Part shown: positions 24,281-37,580 of the stretch, piece by piece
Numbering within the stretch: the first letter of the stretch is position 1
Layout: each line of letters opens with the position of its first letter
NCBI GenBank assembly: GCA_032718475.1
Contig: JAUCBJ010006631.1
Location: forward strand, 26,448 to 90,447
Source of the DNA: Nemertoderma westbladi
Taxonomy: Eukaryota > Animalia > Xenacoelomorpha
Length of the DNA stretch: 64,000 nucleotides
Direction of reading: 5' to 3'
Notes under the pieces: model-generated
Databases searched by the model: none
What the model saw: the letters and a program-made list of their open reading frames with translations, nothing else
Told to the model about the DNA's origin: nothing
Translations under genes and position numbers: made by a program

Positions 24281-25769
24281 CGCTCGCTCGCGCTTACTTA
24301 TCTCTTCCAACTCTCGTAACTCTGCGTCCAACTTACGTGTGCGCTCCCGTTCCCGCTCGGCTTCCTTCCGTGCTTCCTGTGCACGCAAAACTTCCGCCTG
24401 CTGTTCGTCTAGTCGGCGTCTTCTCTCCTCCGCCGAGTTGTGAGAAACAAGGGATCTAGCACATATTACCTTACCTCGCGCGTGACTAACCTGGGAATCG
24501 CCGCTGTCTCTAGATGCGTCGTCGGGTGGAGTCAACGTCCTCTGTTGAATGTTCTCCGTCGTCGGTAGCACCTGGCCTGGTACCACCACTCCATTCTGCA
24601 TCAGCCAGCTAGTAACTTCCCTCTGATAACGGCGCTCTTCCTTATCTTGGATCTCTTCCCGCTCCACTAACTCTCTCAACTCTGCGTCACTCACTTGAGT
24701 CGCCTGCGTTTGTGATGCCCATAGCAGCCAGTTCTCCGTCCTAACTCGTCGGAATCGCTCCGATAACTCGCGGTGCTCTAACAAGGCTGCTAAAACCCTG
24801 TCGTAAATCCTCGTTGCTACGTCGCTCGACTGAGACTCTAATGCCTTCTTCGCTAGGACTGCAAGCTCCTCTGTCTGCTTGAATAACGCTGAGTTATATC
24901 CTCTTCTAATCTCTACTAACTCTACCCTCCCGATGTTCGCTGAATCAGCTAACATCTTCCTTACCTTGTCTGCCGTCCGAGTTATATGTCCGGCATGCGT
25001 GCGAAGTTTCTTCTTTATCGCGATATCAAGTTCTCTCTCGCTTACCTGACTCACACTTGGTGGACTTGAAGGATTATTTCGGGAACTACGGGTACTCCTA
25101 ACAGCCGTCGGGACCACGGCACTTACCATACCCACAGGTCTGGAAACCGGGCTCCGGGCTCTCGCTTCTACTACACTACCCTCCCTATCACTCACCTCTG
25201 TCCGGGCTGCCGTACAGTCCTTCCTATCAGTAGCGGTAGGGGGTCCTAATACTATTACCTGAGGCTGCTGTTCTTCCTCACTAGTCACTGTCTCGTCCTC
25301 CTGTTCACTTACGTCAGCGTCGCTCGCTGCGTCGTCATAGTCGGCATTGTCATCAACAGTAATATTTACGCTATCGTCAGTCGGCGGTCCAGCCACCGTC
25401 TCATAGCTGTCCTCTAGTGCCTCTTTGTCTGAGACACTCATAGTCTAAATAATATTTGCCTTCCGGCAAAAATCTCGCAAAAGTTCGAGATATAATTATA
25501 ATTTAACCGAAATACGGTCAAATTATTTGTCAAATAATCAGTTGGTCCAAATGTCAAATAAATTCGCAATGCAATATTGTGAATTTAATGGGGTATATAG
25601 TTATAGCAAATACTAACACAATATTTAAACAAAAAATATTATTATATAGCTACTATATAGTATTAAATACCGGTATAGCACAAAATAACTTTGAATCTAA
25701 TACAAAATATTCAAAATAAACTTGCCACCCGAATATTTCTAATTTTATATATATAGCTCCAATCAACGT

Positions 25770-27554
25770 GGCATGGCATGGAAATCGATCAATCTGCTTA
25801 CTGGGCGGAAAAGCCAACCAACCACCAAGGTTAAGGCTGAATCACCAGCCGATCGCCTCAATGGTTGGAAAGCCCACTTTGAAAAGCTCCTCAATAATGA
25901 CAGGGTATTGCCTGATAACTTTATAGAAGTAAAAGTGTCTGAGTCTGTACTCCCAGATATTCCCATTGGCGATATCTCCTTTGCAGAAGTGAAGGCTGCT
26001 GCAAAGAGCATTAAGACCAATCGTGCCAGTGGAGTAGATGGTGTTCCCCCTGAGGTCTTTAAAATACCTGAGTGTCTAAAGCTCATCTATCCCATCATAG
26101 TAGACATGTACCGTACAACAAGAGTCCCACAAGAAATGAAAACAAATAAGTTGGTGCCAGTTCCCAAGAAGGGCAACCTAACACTCTATGGTTCTTTTCG
26201 GGGAATCTCATTGATCTCGATTGCTGCAAAACTATACAATAGAATTCTATTAAATCGCATCAGGGATCCCATTGAGAGACTGCTACGTGGAAATCAGAAT
26301 GGGTTCCGTAAAGGTCGTGGGACCATGGAGCCCATTTTGGCACTTAGAAGGATAATTGAAGAGTTATCAAAAAAGAAAGACAGGCATCTGGCTGTTATCT
26401 TTGTTGACTTCTTCAAGGCCTTTGATTCAGTCTCTCGCTCACGTATGTTCAGCATACTTTCATTATATGGGATTCCTGATGAAATTATTGCAGCAATCAG
26501 ATCAGTATACGATGGTTCGACAACATTTGTGTCTACTGTTGACGGTGACACAGAACCATTTGAAGTGTTATGGGGCGTCCTCCAAGGAGACACACTTGCA
26601 CCATTCTTGTTCATTATTGTGGTTGACTATGTTCTACGCATGTCCTTAGATCATCATAATGATGATGGGGTGATGATAACTCCACCTACTGGCTCCAGAA
26701 GTCGAGGAAATCCTGCCAAGTACCTAACTGATCTAGACTTTGCTGATGACTTAGGAGTACTCTCAGAATCATTAGAGGGAGCCCAGCGGCTCCTCAGCTC
26801 ATTAGAACATGCTGCTTCTAGTGTTGGTCTTTTTATTAACTCCAGAAAGACCAAAATTCTGACAGTTAACTTTGAAAGTCCTCAGCAAGTCTCTGATCGG
26901 ATGAGCATAAGCTCAAAGGATGGTATGCTTGAGCATGTGGACGACTTCTGTTACCTGGGATCATGGATCCGGAAGTCAGGTGAGGACCTTCGAATACGTA
27001 AGGGAAAGGCATGGGCAGCCTTGAATAGGCTTTCCAGGATTTGGAAGTCACCTAGAATTAATCGGAAACTTAAGGTCCGATTATTTAGAGCAGCAGTAGT
27101 TCCAGTACTCCTCTACGGGAGTCCATGCTGGGCTCTAACTGCTGAGGACACCAAATCTCTGGATGGCACATTCACAAGAATGCTACGCCGGGTACATTGT
27201 GTCAAGTACAATGCACACATCTCCAACCAGACACTATATAACATTGGAGGTGTCTCATTGGTTCCCCCAAGCTTGACACTAGAACAAAATCGCCTCCGCT
27301 TTGCAGGACATTGCTTTCGCCGTGAGGACCAGCCAGTGCATAATCTTGTACTTTGGCAGCCTCATGGAGTGAATAAGCATGGTGGACAGCCCATGACTTT
27401 CTTGAGACGCATCTTAAAGGACACTGGCCTTAAAGATGCGGATGATCTAGCAAATGTCATGGGTGATAGGGAGTTGTGGCGGCGCAATTTTGTTGACAAG
27501 CCGGCACAGCATTCTTAAAAATGCAGCTGCAATGCAGCATGCCGATCCTAGTAG
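25770..27554 (+). mobile_element. 5'-truncated RTE-clade LINE with 12-bp TSD
   Basis: TSD tccaatcaacgt at 25758-25769 and 27555-27566; short (tag)n tail; open RT frame. Confidence 0.93.
25773..27518 (+). CDS. RTE reverse transcriptase (N-terminally truncated ORF, no endonuclease)
   Basis: Motifs PKKGN, FRGISL, QNGFRKGR, FVDFFKAFDSV, GVLQGDTLAPFLF, LDFADD, FCYLGS, RLRFAGHC. Confidence 0.9.
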   Translation: MAWKSINLLTGRKSQPTTKVKAESPADRLNGWKAHFEKLLNNDRVLPDNFIEVKVSESVLPDIPIGDISFAEVKAAAKSIKTNRASGVDGVPPEVFKIPECLKLIYPIIVDMYRTTRVPQEMKTNKLVPVPKKGNLTLYGSFRGISLISIAAKLYNRILLNRIRDPIERLLRGNQNGFRKGRGTMEPILALRRIIEELSKKKDRHLAVIFVDFFKAFDSVSRSRMFSILSLYGIPDEIIAAIRSVYDGSTTFVSTVDGDTEPFEVLWGVLQGDTLAPFLFIIVVDYVLRMSLDHHNDDGVMITPPTGSRSRGNPAKYLTDLDFADDLGVLSESLEGAQRLLSSLEHAASSVGLFINSRKTKILTVNFESPQQVSDRMSISSKDGMLEHVDDFCYLGSWIRKSGEDLRIRKGKAWAALNRLSRIWKSPRINRKLKVRLFRAAVVPVLLYGSPCWALTAEDTKSLDGTFTRMLRRVHCVKYNAHISNQTLYNIGGVSLVPPSLTLEQNRLRFAGHCFRREDQPVHNLVLWQPHGVNKHGGQPMTFLRRILKDTGLKDADDLANVMGDRELWRRNFVDKPAQHS

Positions 27555-28522
27555 TCCAATCAACGTAATTTTAATTTCAAATATTATATGTATCCACTAG
27601 CGCGTGGCTACATCTTCGGGTTGCGACTCTCTCTAACTCTCTCTCTAACTTGAGCGATTCAAAAAACCATGGCCGGCTAAACCTAAATATCCTAACTAAT
27701 AAATTGAGTTCAGCTTCGCAGTTAAACAACCGGTAATTTTTTACTGCTTCCACAAACACACTGGTGCCAACAGAACAACTAACCTTGTTTGCTGTGAGAT
27801 TCCACGTCCGCGTCCAAAGATTCAGGCCCTTCGCTGATTGCAAACCGAACCCGCAGACCCACACGAACCCCAAACTCAGAAGTTCCGTCTTGCCATGTAT
27901 CTCCAGATGGTATAAAATAACTAAGCGGTTACCTAACATACCGGTACAAAACTCTAGAATTTTACAAAATAATTTTGACCGAAAACTGAATTCTCGCAAA
28001 CCTAGCTAAAATTTTCAAAAAACTTACTAATTACAATTCGCCCTAAGGCCTAAGGAACTGCTGTATTCGCAATTAGCAAAAACGCACTACCGTACATTCA
28101 CTGTATGTAGTATAGTAAGTAAAACAGTACACCAACCTAACAGCCTAATGATACTGTGTGTGTGGTACGGCAAACAAATGTCCTTCTACCGTCCGCAGTA
28201 ACAACAATCAGCCTAATGTACTACTGTACTATTGTACGCAGCCAGTGAATACAGTAATCTAAACTAGCAACCTAATAGAATAAACTCAATGTCTTACTGT
28301 ACGCTAGCCTATAGCCTACAGCAGACGATCACGTGCTCTAACTTATTACTTAATACTGTGATACTACTAATCAGCCTAAGAATACTCTATTGACTGTACG
28401 CTACAGCCTACAGCCAATAAATCGCGTATTACTGATACGAAGTATCAGTAATCTAAACTAACAGCCTAAGAATACTCTATTTACTGTACGCTACAGCCTA
28501 CAGCAAACAAGTGCGCGTATTA

Positions 28523-30752
28523 CTGATAAACAACCGCGACCTCTATACTAACAGCAGAACTGTTGAACAGACCAATACCCGTTAATATCCTTCTGCCAAC
28601 CTAATAAGTTCTCGTCTAACCAATAAGACACAAAGACTGCTCTACTGTTAAGTAAAGGGGCTCAGGAGCGTGATATTACTAAATTGTAAGGGTTGCTAAA
28701 TACAAACCGCTACTTACCGTTAGATGGCGCTAATCTGCCGTCCGCTAATATATTTTACTAAATTTACACAACTCCTGCAAAATCGCTTGTTCCTTTCTCT
28801 ACCGATTGCTCGATAGAGAGCTAACTGTTCGAATCTATGAGCCACGCAGGAATAACCAAAACAATAAACCCGAGTCGGCTCCCTAAGCTTACTTAAGACG
28901 AGTGCGAGAGGCCTTGCACTCAGAGTATTCTTACGCCTAATTCTATCACTATTAAAGCACGCTATTACCTACGTCTTTCTAATCGCGAATACTGGAGGTT
29001 CCCTAACGTAATGTGTGAATGCGAGAATATTTAAAATATCAAAATGGTACAGTATCTGTTTCTACGTGGATAATACCACTCCGAGTCTAAAACTGCCCGC
29101 GACTGGCTTTAGGCCAGCAAAATTACTAGCGTATCGTGCGTACCGAATAGTGCGTTCTAGCTGATTGCCCGCTAATGCAAATAACCGCTCAGCGTGAATA
29201 GTTTACAGTACACTAATTATTACCTTAGCTACTCTCCGCTATGCTGCGTACTAATTCTTAATTTTTTACTAATTAATTACAGTCACAAATATTTAACAGC
29301 GTACTAATTACTAAGAGTTCCAGAATACGTAATTCTAATTTATCACGCAACAGGTTTCGCTAGTAATAGCCTAAATTGCCGTATTACTTTGACCTAATCA
29401 ATAACTAATTATTGTAACTAAGAAATAGAAATCAATCAAAGGAAAAAGAGCGCCTATCTAAGCATTCGTAATCTTAGGCACACTTCAATAACACACCAAT
29501 CAGCGTTAGAAATCACAGTTTACAATTGTGCAATTCACTACTCGTACTCCACACTCAACGTTGTAATACGCGCAGGCCTCTCCCGGGTACATCTAGGATT
29601 CCTAACTAACCCAATTCCTGCCCCCCTAATACTAAATAGAGACAAAACCTGGATCATCAGCCCCCTAGATACTGTACCGGCGATCGGTCTGCGTGCCGCA
29701 GTGCAAGATACCCGCCCGCAACGGTGACCCTGGCCAGCGTTGCCCGCTTTGAATCCTCCGCTCTCTCCTAGTCGCTCAACCCCCCGATGCGCCCACCGCC
29801 CACTGGCACCTTAGCCCTCCATGATGCTAATAGCTACCGTAGCGGCGCATGCAAATCACAAAGTCTGACAGTCTCAGGAATCCCTTGGGATTATTGCGCA
29901 GAAAAGAATCACATAGAACCATCAATCAAAGGTAGAAATCATAGTTCGATTGTAATTTGCAGTAATCGAAGGAATTATTGAGAAACACAAGCAAAGTAAT
30001 CGTACTAGCAAATCATTCCAAGAAATTAATCAAAATTAGCAAATTGCAGAAAATACGATATCCTAATACAAAATTAGAGACAGCTCAGCAAGTAAATTGT
30101 AACAGGGGTGTGTCATGTGATAAGGCATGAACATATGAACAACAAAAGGCCCTACCGGCACACCGCCAATTTATAGGTGATCCCGATGGGGTGATGCAAT
30201 AAGGTGACTCAATCGCTCTCCCATTGGCTCTCCAGTCCATGCTAGCATTAAACCAACCTGGAAGCAGTTAATCCAATAAGGAGACCGGATTGTAGCCCTA
30301 TGCCCTCAAATTATTACCATATATGGTAATGGATCACGTCTCTGGCTGCTGAATGGCCAGGACAGCGTCCCTATATGCTAGCCCTATCAAACTAATATCA
30401 GCAAGCACAAAATCCAGGGTCCGAGTAAACTCGCTACCCTGGAACTATCTACATATATCCTAATACAAAATTACGTAGGTAGGGCTACATACTATACAAA
30501 ATGAATGGATGCAAAATATATGGGCGTTTTAACTTCCTTACCTAAATGTCACCACACTGCGCCTTATCTAAATAATTATACTGCACAACGGACTAATATT
30601 ACGTACAGTATAACGGACTAATACTGCATACTGCATAATGGACTAATACTGCATACTGCATAATGGACTAATACTGCATACTGCATAATGGACTAATACT
30701 GCATACTGCATAATGGACTAATACTGTGGATACAGCGCCATATACCGTAACA
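28523..30752 (-). repeat. 5' LTR-containing direct repeat (LTR proper possibly 28685-30752)
   Basis: Matches 9885-12040 apart from a few substitutions, a 1-bp indel and three extra 25-bp units (atggactaatactgcatactgcata). Confidence 0.9.
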
Positions 30753-31288
30753 ATACTGATGGAGGAAATCGCCTCCCTGGTGAAGGAAAAAAATAGTTTA
30801 TGTGGTGTCTTGTGCGTAGCCTCACACGCCATTGACGTCAGTCTTATATGTGTGCATATGTAATGCAGGATCTACATAATATTGCAGTTGTAAGATTCAT
30901 CTTTTGCAGTTGCAAAACGAGAGCCTGAATTGTTGACAGCAATACACCGTTAAATTTATCACATTGGCCATTTCCTCTTTGGATTGTAGGCTCTAGTTTT
31001 AGATTTGTTTACTCCAATTGATTGCAACCATAACTGAAGTTCTCTGGAAATCAACTGTCGCCCTCGATCAGAGTGAACATTTCCAGCAATACCGTATCGG
31101 TAGAAAAATCTCTGTAGTTGTTCTCTGACAGTAGCTGTTCTAATTGAGTCGACAACTTCTGCTTCAATGAATCTTGAGTATTCGTCAATTATAGTAAATA
31201 TGTATTTGTTACCACCTGCTGTAGATTTGGGTCCAATAAAATCCACTGAAATACGTTCCATAGGTCTAGAGGCCTTCACAACTTCGCC
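30753..31288 (-). pseudogene. Gypsy/Ty3 integrase fragment
   Basis: PMERISVDFIGP...IIDEYSRF...VHSDRGRQL...AYNP; frameshifted; cut by the BEL LTR on one side and Zator on the other. Confidence 0.8.
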
Positions 31289-31291
31289 TAA

Positions 31292-34100
31292 GGGGGGCGT
31301 TCATAAAGTATGTCACGCACTGGGGGGGGGGGTTGATTTTTGTGACGGTCACGGCGATGTTCTACGGTATGCTTTAATGTTAGCTTGACTTTGACTAACA
31401 CATTTGTAGATGGGATGGTAACTTTAAGGAAAAAACAATAACTCAATACGGGACCTGGCGCAGAAGAGCGCTGCGACCACAAAGCGGGTGTGCAGCTACC
31501 GCAATGAATGAGTGCTGCATTGAGTGCTGCTCTTTTTATGCCAGTTTACTGTACAGTAGTTGCAGACACAGGGATACTATAACTGTAGGTAGACTGGGCC
31601 TACCTAAAATGTAATGTAAATGTCCGCCACGGTACTAACTACTGTAGGCCTACACTGGAACTGGATGTTAAATATTGTTAAATTAGGATAGCAATGCTAA
31701 ACAGTAATGGACAAGGATAAGTTATTCAAAAGCCTATACAAGGCATATGAGGCTGTTCACTCGGACAAAAATAAATCAGTTATACAGAATGAAGTCACCA
31801 AAATGTGGACAAAACTGAAAACGGACAATGATAGTGTTCAGAAGTTGTCAGATAAAACTCAAGAAACTATTTACGAACTTAACAGTATTTTAATGAAGAG
31901 GAAAAGTACATCGATGTCGATGTGGGCTAAATTCGGAAATACCAGTTCGACTTGTTCAGAGGTTCGTGGTTCCAATGTCACAGAAACTGAAACTTCACAT
32001 GCAGTCGCCTGTATCACGGTAACAGAACCTACCAGTATCATAGGTGACCCAGTCTTTATGGGTACGGAGATTACAATAAATGCGCCCAAGTCCAAAGAAC
32101 CCACTTTAAATCCAAAATGCCCAGCTCAGGATGAATTAAAAAAACACTTAGATCTTGTGAACAGCGATTTGGTCGGATTGTACAAAAGGAAATCTCTTGG
32201 TGTAGCTACACTGAAGGATACCAAAATTATGGAGGTAAAAAAGAAAACAAAAAACCATTTAGAAAGAAAGCTAAAGAATAAAATTTATGAACAAAAAAGA
32301 CAGCAAAAATTTCGTGCCAAACGGAGGGCTGTTTTAATTAAATTGATGAAAGACAACCCGAAAACTAAAGATGACTTGCGAATTCGCGAATGCACTGGTA
32401 GACCATGCATAGAGACACAACAACCGTTACTGCTCCAAAGCTATTGTCGATATAGCTTTATACGGATCCGCCTCCGATGAAAGGCGTCATTCCGACTTAT
32501 ATAGAAGTGTGAAGACTCTTGATGAATTAACTGCACAGCTTAATATGGATGGCTTTGAGATTAGTAGAAGTGGCGTATATCTTCGTCTACTTCCACGAAT
32601 GAGTTCTAGTAATGAAGGGAAACGTCACATAAAAACAGTTCCAGTGAAATTAATCCGTGCCCATAATGATAAACATATAAAACATATTGACAGACGCTTT
32701 TGCACTTCTACCATTAAACAATTGGAGGAAGTAGCTTCATTATTGGGTCCGAAGGATGTCTGTTTCATCAGTCAAGACGACAAGGCTCGGGTCCATTAAC
32801 AGCAGCCAATAAGCAGGCTCCACTGCTAATGCATGTTGAATATAAGGTTTCTCTTCCTGATCACGATTGGGTTGTGGCTGATAGACATAAACTGATACCT
32901 TCAGTTTATTCTGGAATCGTAATCCAGCCGGATGGTTTTGGTAGACCGGAATGTATTGGTTATTCAGGTCCCACATATATTGCAATTAGATCTGGAAAGC
33001 ACTGTTCCTTCACTGCACATAGCCATTGTCGTGACTTTGAAAGACTGCTTACTCTACCTGAATTTGATACAGTTACTAAAGATAGCGAGGTGAATATTGC
33101 AAAGCCCGTATTTATATTAACCGTCGATGGGGGGCCGGACGAACATCCGCGCTTTCAAAAAGTCATTGGGGTTGCAATCCACCATTTTATAACTCAAAAA
33201 TTGGATGCACTTTTTGTGGCAACAAATGCCCCGAGACATAGTGCATTTAACCGTGTTGAGCGACGCATGGCTCCACTTAGCAGGCAACTTGCGGGCCTAA
33301 TTCTACCACATGATACTTTTGGCAGCCATCTAGACCATCGAGGTCGTACCACTGACGCGGATTTGGAGAAACGCAACTTTGGCTATGCAGGCGAAGCTTT
33401 AGCCGAAGTTTGGTCCGCAACAGAAATAGATCATTATCCAGTGGTTGCGGAATATATTGAGCCATCTAGGTCGGACAACTGCAATCTGGTTCATTCTACA
33501 CCCCAGTGGCAGAGAGATCATGTAAGGACAAGTCAGTATTTCACTCAGATTGTGAAATGTGAGGATAGAAAATGTTGTGCCAAACCACGCAGTTCATATC
33601 GCACAGTTGTGCCATCCAGATTCATACCGCCACCAATCCCGATTCTACAAGGCAGTTCCGGACTTCATGTACCCAACAGGAATCAATGGGAACTGCATAA
33701 CTTTCCGTCAATATTTATAAATCAATCAGTTATAGTTCCTAGCTATGAAAAGCTGCTTCCTAACAATATTTTGGATATAAAGTCTATTCCCTATGATTCG
33801 TACTGTCCATCACTATTCTCTGTACTTTTCGAACGTATATGTAAAGAGAAGGACTGCAACATTTATTTCGCGTCTAAAACATTATTAAAAATTCATACTA
33901 ACGTCGTACATGGTGCATATGATGACTATTTAGCGCCACCCGCCATTAAGGAGGACATACAAACGATTGACTCTGTATTACTGGTGATTAATATAAATGA
34001 ACATTTGTCTTTCGTTTTTTACTAATTACTATTTTAATTATTACATATTGACTGACATACTGATAGAGGCCGACAATTTTGCGAGCGAAAGTTTAAAATT
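31292..34100 (+). mobile_element. Zator-superfamily DNA transposon (left end present, right TIR not found)
   Basis: TAA|GGGGGGCGTTCATAAAGTATGTCACGC terminus, followed by a transposase with SQDDKARV, LPDHDWVV, KLIPSVY, IRSGKH, VDGGPDE and SAFNRVERRMAPLS, which I recall as Zator motifs. Confidence 0.8.
31707..34025 (+). pseudogene. Zator transposase with two frameshifts (~32440, ~32795)
   Basis: Three consecutive ORFs (257, 96 and 398 aa) in shifting frames carry collinear transposase motifs. Confidence 0.8.
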
Positions 34101-35090
34101 CTTTATTATTTCTCGTTTTTGCACCACTTATTTGCACCACAATTTTGAAATTTCGATGTATATGATAAAAAAAAAACGTGCAGTAAAGAACTCTTTTGTC
34201 ACAAAATTAATTTAACTGAAACTTCGATATTCTACCTTCATGTTTTGCACTCGATGGCATTTTAGAACTTACTTTGCTAACGTTAACGACCTCCCAACAC
34301 GTACAATACTCAATACCCTCGTACATAATAATTGATTTTCGGTCAATTAAAATTAGTGACAAAGACTCTTCTTTCCGATACTTATTCTTATCAAAGAACA
34401 TTCATTGTTTATTACAACTTCTAAATTTTTTAGAAATATAATTAATTATGTGCAATAATTATCAGTTTGTATGTCATTCAATTTAATTTCCTTTCATCAT
34501 CAACTGTCAACCAACTGCCGGATTCAAATTCCCTTTTCATCCTTGACTAGATGATCCCGACCTTCCCACCCATTTCGTCCTTTGATCTTCCTTTAATTTT
34601 CTTCCCTACTGTACGCAAAACGGCATCCGGCATCTCTTCTCACTCAATACATATCATGTTAAACCCCCAATATTCCTTACCCAATCTCATAGACCTAGAC
34701 CCATCCACGGGCTCATACCACCCCGGAGCCATAAAGAGGCAGCCTGGAGGAGAGCGAACTACAGTCTCCGTCTCACAGCACCCAGAGCTGATCCCATTGC
34801 TGCACGACCCACTTAGAGATCACTCCCACAGCAGCGAGGTATGAAGACTTCCACCTAATTCAAAAACACCGCATGTTACTTTAATTAAATAGATACAGCT
34901 GAATTCTCAATTTTACTAATTTTGCAAAAGAAATAAATTAATTGATAAATCAGTTGCCTCCAATGTATGTCGGATATCCCTCACTCTTTTATTTATTTAT
35001 TAGTAAAAATCGGTTTTACCGACGGTTTAAAAAGAGGTGCACATTCCCATTCATTTATGGGCTATTGAATTAAAACGCATGTATGTATAA

Positions 35091-36508
35091 TAGGGCGGTG
35101 CGTTTTTTACTTTTTTTCGATTTCGTTGTTCTACCGGTGCACAAAAGTTGCCAAATGGTAAAAAATTAAGGCAAAAAAATTTCTCTAAATTTCATCAATA
35201 TCTTGAAGGATCCCAAGGGGGTTGAAATTTTGAGCCTTCGCGATGCACCACAATTAAATTTATAACAATATAACACATTAATGAAAGATCAATGACCCAA
35301 GAAAGAACTTCCTGCATGCATCAAATGTCATCAAATGGGTCCAAACTTAGGTTAGATACCAAAATTTTAATTTTTGAATCAAGGGAACTAGTGCCACAGG
35401 CACATGGACAGAACCTACCATTTGGCGCAAGTGATGATAATTCTCAATTTTCGAGATGGCCAACTTTGAGTTCTCCTACTGCATTCAATATAATGCTCAT
35501 TAGAACCGCAATGGCCGATTTAGTGGGGGTAGACACCTTCAAAACAAACGTAGAGCGAATAGTTCTTGAGATATCGCAGAAAATGTGAAGTCCGGCACAA
35601 GTCTTCATTACCGCCTTGATGCGATATGGACAAATCCTCAAAAATTTTATTTTGAATTATCTCAAGGAACCAACAATAGACACATCACAGAAATGATCGA
35701 TGTAGTGGGTGTAGACACCTTTAAAATAAGAGTAGAGTCATTAGTTCTTGAGTTATTTTACAAAATGTCAAGACTATGTCCACCAATTTAGATACTTGAT
35801 ATTGAGTTGACCCATTCCACACATTTTGTACAAAAACTATAGTGAATAAATCACTACTCTTTAATTTTGAAGGTGTCTGTATACACTAAATCAATTTGTT
35901 GCAGTGATGTGTCTATTCTTGATTCCTTGAGATAATTCAAAATAAAATTTTTTGAGGATTTTTCCATATCGCACATATATCTAAGGCGGTAGTGTAGACT
36001 TGTGCCGGACTTCACATTTTCTGCGATATCTCAAGAACTATTCGCTCTACGTTTGTTTTGAAGGTGTCTACCCCCACTAAATCGGCCATTGCGGTTCTAA
36101 TGAGCTTACTATTAATGCAGTAGGAGAACTCAAAGTTGGCCATCGCGAAAATTTAGAAATATCATCACTTTGTGCCAAATGGTAGGTTCTGTCCATGTGC
36201 TTGTGGCACTAGTTACCTTGATCCAAAAATTAAAATTTTGGTTTCTAACTAAGTTTGGACCCATTTGATGACATTTGATGCATGCAGGAAGTTCTTTCTT
36301 GAGTCATTGATCTTACATCAATGTGTTATATTGTTATAAATTTCATTATGGCGCATCGCGATGGCTCAAAATTTCAACCCTCTTGGGATCCGTGAAGATA
36401 TAGACGAAATTTAATGAAATTTTTTTTGCCTTATTTTTTTACCATTTGGCAACTTTTGTGCACCAGTAGAACAATGAAATCGAAAAAAGTAAAAAACGCA
36501 TCACCCTA
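35091..36508. mobile_element. Non-autonomous hAT-type element, almost fully palindromic
   Basis: TAGGG...CCCTA termini, 8-bp TSD atgtataa (35083-35090 and 36509-36516), inverted arms of ~680 bp. Confidence 0.9.
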
Positions 36509-36559
36509 ATGTATAACTGTAAATTAGAAGTAAAATTGCACAATAATAGGAGTACATTA

Positions 36560-37580
36560 TAGTCAGAAAAACTCGAGTAAACGCCCATGTTTTGTTATAA
36601 AACGCTGTTTGAGGCTATAGTAGCCTTTTATGAATGTAGCCTGCTCTTTAGTTTTGCAACTCGGATGTAGAGGTCGTAGGCGTTCTGTTAGATGTCCTCT
36701 ATGGTAGCGGTAGTTCAGTAGAGACGATACTGATGGGAGTCCATGATCCAATGCTGCAGATTTAATGCTGCTGCTGAGTCCCATAAACTTGGAAGTTGAT
36801 CGCAGGTTTGATAGAAGGTTCACCCGAAGACTAGTTGCAGACAAGTTACAGACAAAAATTAGGGCAATTAGTTGCTCTGAGTATGGTTCCAAGACAAGCC
36901 TTGACAGATTGCGTTGTGATCTGTGGTGTGTCAAAGAGAGTGTATAAACATTCGTTAGATACATAGTTGCCGACAAAGAGTAGGCCACGGAGTAGCTTTC
37001 TATAGTAGGCGTCAAGTCGCCCTTGGTCGTCGACAGACATTGCGCCTATGCTGAATCCTTAGGAGTGTAAGTAAGAGGGGATTGCTATTGATTTCCAGAG
37101 GTGTGAAATTACTTCTATAGGGTAGTGTTTCGCAGTCCAACCATTTCTATGAAATCTGATAGTATGGTGAGAGTACGTATACAATCAGCTAGGGGCCTGA
37201 TTGCGATCCCAGAGTCACCCCCAGAAAGCTGATAAGTTTGGAGTCAGGCAAAAGTTTTCCACCAATATTTAGTGCAGCTTGAGTGTGATCGGTGTTCCTA
37301 GATTTGAAGACTGTCCATTTACTTTTGGTGGGGTCGGTTTGTAGCTTTAATTTTTCCAATTCATTGCAAATTATATGAACCATTCTTTCGAATGATTGCC
37401 CAGAATTCGCTAACACGAGGATATCGTCAGCATAGTTAATTACCCATAATGCTGCCCTGTTGCTATTTGAGACTGTTGTGCATAATGCTTCATAGATAGA
37501 CTCCGTGAAGAAGTTAAAAAGACAGGGCGAAATTAAGGATCCTTGTTTCACTCCTATTCTAACCTTGAAGCCACTGATGT
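36560..37580 (-). pseudogene. Degraded non-LTR retrotransposon RT fragment
   Basis: GVKQGSLISPCLFN, INYADD and FLGV motifs; disrupted downstream. Confidence 0.75.

Larger units (their letters stand above)
16943..25441 (-). pseudogene. BEL/Pao gag-pol polyprotein (~2830 codons, one frame) with two in-frame stops (TGA 23051-23053, TAA 17483-17485)
   Basis: ORFs 23051-25441, 17483-23008 and 16943-17428 are all in the same frame. Reading through the stops gives ...KPS*ALRTDTESSDEEEEMRR... and ...TDD*LVTAFIEIEHTLNSRPI..., the latter a conserved BEL integrase motif. Confidence 0.9.
9885..30752 (-). mobile_element. BEL/Pao LTR retrotransposon, ~21 kb including a nested LINE, with gag-pol plus extra ORF3
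   Basis: ~2.2 kb direct repeats at both ends. Gag (DUF1759-like, CX2CX4HX4C knuckles), protease LDTAS, RT YMDD, Pao RNase H (FSDAS, FYWTD, NPADITSRG) and integrase (GVDCFGP, YSDKGTNF, WERLV) are in BEL order. Confidence 0.95.
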
